This document shows, one piece after another, positions 58,101 to 64,000 of a stretch of 64,000 nucleotides of DNA. The translations under genes and the position numbers were made by a program. Positions within the stretch are counted from its first letter, which is position 1, and each line of letters starts with the position of its first letter. Where the stretch lies: the IMG/VR virus record IMGVR_UViG_3300021138_000001; one strand, 5' to 3'. This stretch comes from a virus (taxonomy: Duplodnaviria; Heunggongvirae; Uroviricota; Caudoviricetes). Under the pieces are notes generated by a model. It searched no databases. It was not told where the DNA came from and was given only the letters and a program-made list of their open reading frames with translations.

Positions 58101-59542
58101 ATAAATTAATTATAAACTCTCTAGGAAGTTTCTTGGTTCAAGAAGGAATTTCCTCAGAAAATCCAATAAATAATTCAAACGGATCAATTACATCTATGGC
58201 TTTAGGGACAATTGTGGTTCCTGCATATCCATCTCTCTCTGTTTTAGATGCGCTAAATACTGGAAGAACTGACCACCAAGTAAAGGCAACGACATCACAA
58301 AATCGTCGTTACACAATGAAAGATATTGGAAAGATTGATTCTCGCGTAGCAAATCTAGAATATTATGCAGCATTGAGTCTTCTTGAATCACAAACAACCG
58401 CACTTGCCATCAAATCTGGTGCAAATACTTTCATAAACAGATTTAAGAATGGTATTTTTGTTGATCAGTACAACGATTTTACACTATTAAATACTACTGA
58501 CCCAGAATTTAGTATTGCTTTAGATCCAGTAGAATCTGCCATTATTCCAAGATTTGACCAACGCAATATTAAATTAAAATTTGTATCACAAACTTCTTCT
58601 AATACAATAGTACAAACAAATAGTACCTTATCTTTAGCCTATTCAAATAATCTATTATTCTCACAATCTTCAGCAACACAACAAAGAAATGTTGCAGAAA
58701 GTGTTTGGAATTGGCAAGGTGTTGCATATTGTTTCCCATCATATGACAGCTTTATTGATACTCGTGTTCAAATCCCCCCAACACCAATTGTCAATTATGT
58801 ACCAAATACTACAACCCAAGTAGTACAAGTTGTAGAAAGTTCTACTGGAGTAGTAACCCCACCAGCAGCACCAACTCCAGTACCACAACCACAACCAAAC
58901 CAAATTCAAGGGCGTTTAAAACTTGATTTTTATACTGGATATGAATCATCAACCCCATTAGCGCCTGGATCAGATACATATTATACTCCATATTCTGGAT
59001 ATTTCTTAGGTTCAGTATATACCAGTACTCCATTTTTTAATACAGCAGATACAGCATCATATTTTAATTCTCTATATAACACAGCCGTATCAATTCCACA
59101 TAGTTGTGTATATACTGGTTGGATTGTATTTCCAACAACCGATACATATGCGATTAGTGGTTATAGCGATGATGGAATGGAAGTGTATATTAATGGTCAA
59201 CAAATGTTTGGTGGCAATGGTTGGAATCTAGGAAATGGATTGACTCCACCTAATGGCCATTCTGACCCAATCGGTCCAAGCAATTTTTCTGCAACTGCTG
59301 GAACATTCTATCCAATTACAATATATTACTTTAATGCAATTGCTTTAGGTCATATGAGTTTATCTTGGAATGATAGTTCAAATCTTTATAGTGGAACAAT
59401 TCCAATGTCTGCATTCTATTCCGATAATATAGCACTTCCAGCATTATCACAAGCAGATACAGTACAATATCTATATAATACAGCACTAAGCGAACAATAT
59501 GGACCAGATTATGCATATTATGCAGCTATGGGCTTAATTTAA
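55136..59542 (+). CDS. very large structural (fibre-like) protein with C-terminal PA14-like carbohydrate-binding domain
   Basis: 1468 aa; C-terminal YAISGYSDDGMEVYINGQQMFGGNG...YPITIYYFNAIALGHMSLSWND resembles PA14. Confidence 0.45.
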   Translation: MPLDTNLNVSPFFDDFYAANGAQNNNYHRILFRPSVAIQARELTQLQTILQNQVERFGDSIFVEGTIIKGCNFLYDNQYYYAKISDTRIDGEPTNPDQYVNTRVVCPASNLQAIVVNSVQGLQSQAPDLNTIFIKYINSGNGQSQFSPTDTLNFYTNTNPNDTASIVTAYSVTIVNNSISGNSSSPAVGTGYSFRVTDGIVFQKGFFIDVANSTSVVVSKYSNAPNNVVVGFDIQENIINELQDNSLYDNAAGFTNQNAPGAERLQLIPTLVVANTDALPSNNFFSLVEWQNGSIVRSSQQTEYSSLGRELARRTYEESGNYVVNPFSLSTESIVGNTTSLNLVTSSGLAYVDGYRVELLNNLRIPVRQGNDTRTVSNQTLSVSYGNYVLVQEFVGNFASNIGATISLRDTALQALTNNTFTPISAGSEIGQAKLLAVELISGIAGTYNAQYALYLGDITMNSGQNFASVKSIYYSGATSGAADTVLVGGLATLNETNFSSLVFDTTKIALKTLRNNSINNNQYIYRTISTGVTIANTGVMGSINKSGSEQFAYGSGSLDSIVKQNILVIPTTSANVVNTGISGTVTASNTAGNTQVVGSSTLFTTTYAIGDYINVNGQPRQVVSISNNTLLNVNAPFTGAQPTSNTHNKYYPAYVPIPIASRPTKVNIASSNSMTITLVSANGAQETLSSALTGTIVHYDVRVSSAPEISKKVNNNIVVLFDTAYNNPGSGTLSCNLTSNTVTGTNTFFQRDVYPGYTLKLANGSSVGTVNSVISNTSLTLSTSNAAIAATTNAYTYTAVNVSNTTGPWVLGVPDAYKINAVYKGITFANTLVSGVTDSTTLFSLDSGQRDAVYDLSTINLRPGSGGFVKSGDKISVVFNAFTSTTGTGHGYFSVDSYPIDDANTANTSAIQTIQIPRYTSTTGQILDLRDAIDFRPVVKNTAVYATTVATASINPQNTQTFSGSELYIATPNQLFKYDSQYYLGRIDKLIINSLGSFLVQEGISSENPINNSNGSITSMALGTIVVPAYPSLSVLDALNTGRTDHQVKATTSQNRRYTMKDIGKIDSRVANLEYYAALSLLESQTTALAIKSGANTFINRFKNGIFVDQYNDFTLLNTTDPEFSIALDPVESAIIPRFDQRNIKLKFVSQTSSNTIVQTNSTLSLAYSNNLLFSQSSATQQRNVAESVWNWQGVAYCFPSYDSFIDTRVQIPPTPIVNYVPNTTTQVVQVVESSTGVVTPPAAPTPVPQPQPNQIQGRLKLDFYTGYESSTPLAPGSDTYYTPYSGYFLGSVYTSTPFFNTADTASYFNSLYNTAVSIPHSCVYTGWIVFPTTDTYAISGYSDDGMEVYINGQQMFGGNGWNLGNGLTPPNGHSDPIGPSNFSATAGTFYPITIYYFNAIALGHMSLSWNDSSNLYSGTIPMSAFYSDNIALPALSQADTVQYLYNTALSEQYGPDYAYYAAMGLI

Positions 59543-59565
59543 TTAATTAATAAGAAAGAAAATAT

Positions 59566-62058
59566 ATGACAGACATGATCTCAACCTTTACTGGAGTTGG
59601 TAACTTTGTTACTGATAGTAGAACTCTAGCATTTATTAGAGAACAGGCTATTGGTATATATGCTAATGGACTAAAACCTAATAGTGTGGTACATGTTTAT
59701 TTTGATAATAAAAATGTAGATGCATTTGTTCGTCCTGCTGGGTTTGATCCTACTACATCGAACCCAACAATTGATTCATTCAATCCTACTGGAACTGTAG
59801 GATCTACATTAATTACTAATTCTATCGGCTCTGTTGCTGGCATATTTTATATCCCACCAGGAAAATTTTTCACAGGAGATAGACAAATAGTAATTTCAGA
59901 TGCACCTAGCATCTCATCTTTATCTTCTTCTTCTACCACAAATGCAACTACATTTTTTCATGCATTTAATTATCCGTTGGTAACATCTGATCAATCAATT
60001 GTATCACCACGTCCCGCAGATGCTCCAGTATCAGTAACGTCAAATCGTGGTAGCGGAACTTCCGCTACGGTTGATACTACTAGATTTGACCCATTATGTC
60101 AATCCTTTTATATTGGAACCGATATGGCAAATGGTCAAGATGGGGTATACCTAAGTTATATTAATGTATATTTCCAAGCTAAAGACCTCAATCTTGGAGT
60201 ATCCTTTGATATTAGAACTATGGAAAATGGCACACCAACAACAAAAATTGTTCCATTTTCTAAAACACATTTAACAGCAGCACAAGTTAATATTGATCCA
60301 AATGCATTACTAGCAACACAAATTGTATTTTCAAGTCCAGTATTTCTTCGCTCTGGTTATGAATATGCTTTATCAATTATTCCAGATGGCGCATCTGCAA
60401 ATTATGCAGTATGGACTGCAGTTGTGGGTGGGACTGATGTTGCAACAAACAATTCAGTTGTCAGAAATTGGGGACAAGGCGTATTATTTACATCATCTAC
60501 AGGTTCTACATGGACACCAATTCAAAATGAATACTTGAAATTTGATGTCTATTCTGCACAATTTCAAGCATCAGGAAATGCAACTTTTGTAAATGCTGAT
60601 TATGAATTCTTATCTGTAACAAATACTTCTGCATTTTTTACACAAGGAGAATGGGCATATCAGCAAACCGCAAATTCCACTGGCACAATTTCTATCAATA
60701 CTACAAGTCAAATTGTTACTGGAACTGGAACATCATTCCAAACAACTTTGACTTCTGGTCAATATATCGCAGTAACTAATGGAAGCGTATCCGATGTTCT
60801 ACTAGTACAAAGTGTTGCTAATAACACACAATTTACATCAGCAAATATTCCTGATTTTGCAAGCGCATCAGCAAGTTATCAACTGGCTCCATGCGGAAAA
60901 GTTGAATTGTTTGATGCAAATAAATCAGAACTATTCTTAATCAATTCTACGGCATCAAATTCTAATTTTTGTTTCATTGCAAATTCTATTATAATTGGTG
61001 CTCAAAGTAATGCCAATACTAAAATTGTGGCTGTAAAAGATAAAGTTATTAATAGATTCCAACCACAAATTTATACATCTTCTGTTCACGGTTCAGAAAT
61101 TGTAATGGCTGTTTCTGGTGTAACTTCAAATTATACCTCTATTCAAGCAACATCATATGATTTGGGGTCTACTAATATTGTTCTAGGAAATGAACAAATT
61201 GTTGCATCAAAAACAAATGAAATTTTGAATAATAGTGGAAATAAATCTTTAAATGTAAATTTAAATCTTTCTTCAAATTCATCAACTATTTCACCTATAG
61301 TTGATTTGCAATCTACATCTTTAATTGCCTATAAGAACAAGATCAACAAATCTACAAACAAAGAAAATACAAAAAGCGGAGAATCTTGGTCAAAAGCAAT
61401 TACACAAACTATTACTTTGGCTGAAGGCCAAGATGCAGAAGATATTGTTGTATATATTAATGCATATAGACCAGTTGGCTCTGATATTAAAATTTATGCA
61501 AAGATTCAAAGTTCATTGGATACAAATACATTCGATTCTAAAGATTGGTCGGAATTGGACAAGGCAAATACAACAGCAACAGCATTTTCAGACCCAACCA
61601 ACATTTATGATTATATTGAATATAGTTATACATTTAAAGCATCTCCACCATCATATCTATTAAGTGGGGTTTTAACAACCAATACAACTAATAATTATAT
61701 AACTGGAGTAGGCACTAATTTTGTTACCGACGCCCCAGTAAATAGTATTATTAAAATTTGGTCAGATTCTACAAAAACATCATTCCAAATTGGAAGCGTA
61801 ACTTCAGTAACAAATAGTACAGCATTAACAATCGATAATATTGGATTATCTAATAGTTCTGTTGCCACATACGAATTTGTTACCCAACCAAAAACTGCTT
61901 TCCACAATCCAAGCACAGGTATCGTAAGATATTATGGCTCGGGCGGAAGTCCATATGATAGTTACAGAACATTTGCTATCAAAACTGTATTGACCTCAAA
62001 TTCATCATATCAGGTCCCTCGTGTAATGGATATTAGAGTCATTGCGATGTCTGTATAA
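59566..62058 (+). CDS. large tail fibre/baseplate structural protein
   Basis: 830-aa ORF. Confidence 0.4.
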   Translation: MTDMISTFTGVGNFVTDSRTLAFIREQAIGIYANGLKPNSVVHVYFDNKNVDAFVRPAGFDPTTSNPTIDSFNPTGTVGSTLITNSIGSVAGIFYIPPGKFFTGDRQIVISDAPSISSLSSSSTTNATTFFHAFNYPLVTSDQSIVSPRPADAPVSVTSNRGSGTSATVDTTRFDPLCQSFYIGTDMANGQDGVYLSYINVYFQAKDLNLGVSFDIRTMENGTPTTKIVPFSKTHLTAAQVNIDPNALLATQIVFSSPVFLRSGYEYALSIIPDGASANYAVWTAVVGGTDVATNNSVVRNWGQGVLFTSSTGSTWTPIQNEYLKFDVYSAQFQASGNATFVNADYEFLSVTNTSAFFTQGEWAYQQTANSTGTISINTTSQIVTGTGTSFQTTLTSGQYIAVTNGSVSDVLLVQSVANNTQFTSANIPDFASASASYQLAPCGKVELFDANKSELFLINSTASNSNFCFIANSIIIGAQSNANTKIVAVKDKVINRFQPQIYTSSVHGSEIVMAVSGVTSNYTSIQATSYDLGSTNIVLGNEQIVASKTNEILNNSGNKSLNVNLNLSSNSSTISPIVDLQSTSLIAYKNKINKSTNKENTKSGESWSKAITQTITLAEGQDAEDIVVYINAYRPVGSDIKIYAKIQSSLDTNTFDSKDWSELDKANTTATAFSDPTNIYDYIEYSYTFKASPPSYLLSGVLTTNTTNNYITGVGTNFVTDAPVNSIIKIWSDSTKTSFQIGSVTSVTNSTALTIDNIGLSNSSVATYEFVTQPKTAFHNPSTGIVRYYGSGGSPYDSYRTFAIKTVLTSNSSYQVPRVMDIRVIAMSV

Positions 62059-62273
62059 TGAAATATGCAAAAACTGATAAACAAGATTTAGTCAAAGACC
62101 TTACTACTGGAGCAATTTTAAATATTAATAATGAAGAATATGAAGCATATAAAGCACACCGAGATAAAATGGTACATGCGTTTAAGGCTTCAGATGAACT
62201 TGATGAATTAAAAATTAAATTTTCCAAGTTAGAAAAGATTTTAGAAAGTATCATAAATACTAAAGGTTCTTAG
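62058..62273 (+). CDS. small coiled-coil protein (possible fibre assembly chaperone)
   Basis: 71 aa, charged helical. Confidence 0.3.
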   Translation: MKYAKTDKQDLVKDLTTGAILNINNEEYEAYKAHRDKMVHAFKASDELDELKIKFSKLEKILESIINTKGS

Positions 62274-62287
62274 GAAAGTAAAAGTTA

Positions 62288-64000
62288 ATGGCAATAAATA
62301 CAGCTAATATTCAACCACAATTTGACACTTTTGCTGGTTGGATCACAAAAACAAATATTATAGCATATGATATGTCAACTATTGTAGTAACAACAGATAC
62401 TACAACAAATGGGGCTATTACTACAGGCAATGCTTATGTAAATGGTATTTTTAGTGCTAATACCTTCACTGTATTAAATGATATACGAGGTGGTAATGGA
62501 TCAACTCCAGCGACCTTAACCATTTCGTCAAATGTAGCAATGTCAAATGCCTTGGGTATTTCTATCGGAAATTCTTCAATCAATACGACGATTTCTTCCT
62601 CCAATTTAAATACAACCTCAGTATTTGCAAATACAGCATCAATAATTTCTACTTTAACAGTAGGATCAAATGTTGGTTTAACTACAACTACAGTATTCGT
62701 AGGCAATTCTACAACCAACTCATTTATTAATTCTACGGCATTTTCATCAAATTCGTTTATTGCAAATTCAGCATTAACAGTAGGATCAAATGTTGGTTTA
62801 ACTACAACTACAGTATTCGTAGGCAATTCCACAACAAATACAATTATCAATTCAACTTCAGTTACTACTAATGCTGTAGTTGCTAATGCTTCTGTGAGTG
62901 TCGGCGCTAATGTTGGTTTAACTCCATCTACAATATTTGTAGGTAATGCCACAATTAATACTATTGTAAATGCTACATCATTCTCTGGCACAGCCAATAA
63001 TACAACAAACTTTGCTGGATTATCTTCTTCGACCTGGGCTGGATATATTACAGGTAATGCTGCTAGTGCATACTCTAATGCTGTTACTAATGCTGCATTT
63101 ATGGCTGGTCAAGCTTATTCTAATGCTGTCGCCAATGCTGCTGCCATTTACCAAACTACTGCAGGATTAGCCGCCAACGTATTAACATTAGCCTCAAACT
63201 CAACAACATATCATGGAAATTCTTCTGGTACATTAGCAAATGTTGCATCTTGGATTACCGGTAATGCTGCTAGTGCAGCAGCAACAGCATATTCTAATGC
63301 GATAGCTATTGCAGCAAATGCAAGCAATATAACAAATGGAACAATTCCTACAGCAAGATTACCAGCAACAATTAATGCAACAGCCCAACTTAACGTTGGC
63401 GGAAATGTAAATATTAACACCACAGGAATCAGCATTTCAACTGGAGGATCTATTACACTAATAGATCCGTCAAACGTTTCCAATTTTACAACCATTAGTG
63501 CTGGTGGTCTAACCTTACCGGCTGGAAGTAATAGTGCAGTTACATCATTTAATGGTAGAGCAGGAATTGTAGTATTAACTTCATCTGATATTGTGGGTAA
63601 TACTACAGTCGGTTTAAATTACACACCGTTATCGGCAAACTCTTCTGGCACAATTAATGGATCATTAACTCTAACAGGAAGCGATCTTCTAGCCAGAAGT
63701 GTTGTTGCTAATGGGCAATGTATTGTGGGAAATACCACAACAAATACAACAATTACAGCCACTTTATTCAGTTTAGGAAATAGTACAGCTAATGTAACTA
63801 TTAACTCTACAGCATTTTCTGGCACATCCAACAACTCATTAAATCTTGGCGGATCTTCTTTATCAACTATACAAAGCCAAATTACTGGAAACTCAGCCAC
63901 TGCTTATTCTAACGCAACATCTTATGCTGACACAAAATCTTCTGCGGCTTATTCTAACGCAACATCTTATGCTGACACAAAATCTTCTGCGGCTTATTCT
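62288..64000 (+). CDS. repetitive tail-fibre protein, 3'-truncated at window end
   Basis: Open frame from ATG 62288 to end of window with no stop; Asn/Ser/Thr/Ala-rich; internal DNA repeats. Confidence 0.5.
   Translation, partial: MAINTANIQPQFDTFAGWITKTNIIAYDMSTIVVTTDTTTNGAITTGNAYVNGIFSANTFTVLNDIRGGNGSTPATLTISSNVAMSNALGISIGNSSINTTISSSNLNTTSVFANTASIISTLTVGSNVGLTTTTVFVGNSTTNSFINSTAFSSNSFIANSALTVGSNVGLTTTTVFVGNSTTNTIINSTSVTTNAVVANASVSVGANVGLTPSTIFVGNATINTIVNATSFSGTANNTTNFAGLSSSTWAGYITGNAASAYSNAVTNAAFMAGQAYSNAVANAAAIYQTTAGLAANVLTLASNSTTYHGNSSGTLANVASWITGNAASAAATAYSNAIAIAANASNITNGTIPTARLPATINATAQLNVGGNVNINTTGISISTGGSITLIDPSNVSNFTTISAGGLTLPAGSNSAVTSFNGRAGIVVLTSSDIVGNTTVGLNYTPLSANSSGTINGSLTLTGSDLLARSVVANGQCIVGNTTTNTTITATLFSLGNSTANVTINSTAFSGTSNNSLNLGGSSLSTIQSQITGNSATAYSNATSYADTKSSAAYSNATSYADTKSSAAYS
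62651..62835 (+). repeat. ~64-bp intragenic direct repeat (2 copies, 121 bp apart)
   Basis: ttaacagtaggatcaaatgttggtttaactacaactacagtattcgtaggcaattc at 62651 and 62772. Confidence 0.7.
63902..64000 (+). repeat. perfect 45-bp tandem repeat (at least 2.2 copies, continues past window) encoding AYSNATSYADTKSSA
   Basis: gcttattctaacgcaacatcttatgctgacacaaaatcttctgcg repeated. Confidence 0.8.

Noticed and set aside
62434-63900. Minus-strand ORFs 62434..62997, 63211..63495 and 63619..63900
   Set aside because: They lie entirely inside the uninterrupted + strand tail-fibre ORF (62288 to end) and show its repetitive antisense composition.

Overview
AT-rich phage-like sequence with T4-like (myovirus) gene content. 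Almost all genes lie on the + strand. There is one minus-strand structural block at about 15.2-20.1 kb.

Layout, start to end:
- 0-6.7 kb: nucleic-acid metabolism genes (RNase H, SAM decarboxylase, PhoH, PD-(D/E)XK nuclease, KxDG RNA ligase).
- 6.76-10.05 kb: an RNA-centred accessory island. It holds four hairpin-closed structured ncRNA units sharing a TACAGCAA motif, one of which carries a circularly permuted tRNA-like module. Next come a TROVE/vWA (Ro60/Rsr-like) protein, a frameshifted vWA gene, and a two-piece (permuted) tmRNA with tag ANENFVSQEFALAA.
- 10-15.2 kb: SleB-like lysin, a methyltransferase, and a tRNA-like gene. Gene 32 (ssDNA-binding protein) is split by a ~1.2 kb insertion carrying a PD-(D/E)XK homing-endonuclease-like ORF.
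- 15.2-27.6 kb: baseplate and hub module. gp5 is split into OB+lysozyme and beta-helix+M15 peptidase proteins, followed by a PAAR protein and a secreted nuclease.
- 27.8-46.9 kb: a long hyperplastic array of small ORFs punctuated by sigma70-like TTGACA promoters and rho-independent terminators. It includes four paralogs of an unusual YGNAxV hexapeptide-repeat protein and a GC-rich foreign-looking island.
- 46.9-47.2 kb: an array of GGGTCCC repeats.
- 47.2-64 kb: baseplate wedge, large tail-fibre genes (one with a PA14 domain), and a 3'-truncated repetitive tail-fibre gene.

All calls were made by eye from the sequence and the ORF track. No database search was run.
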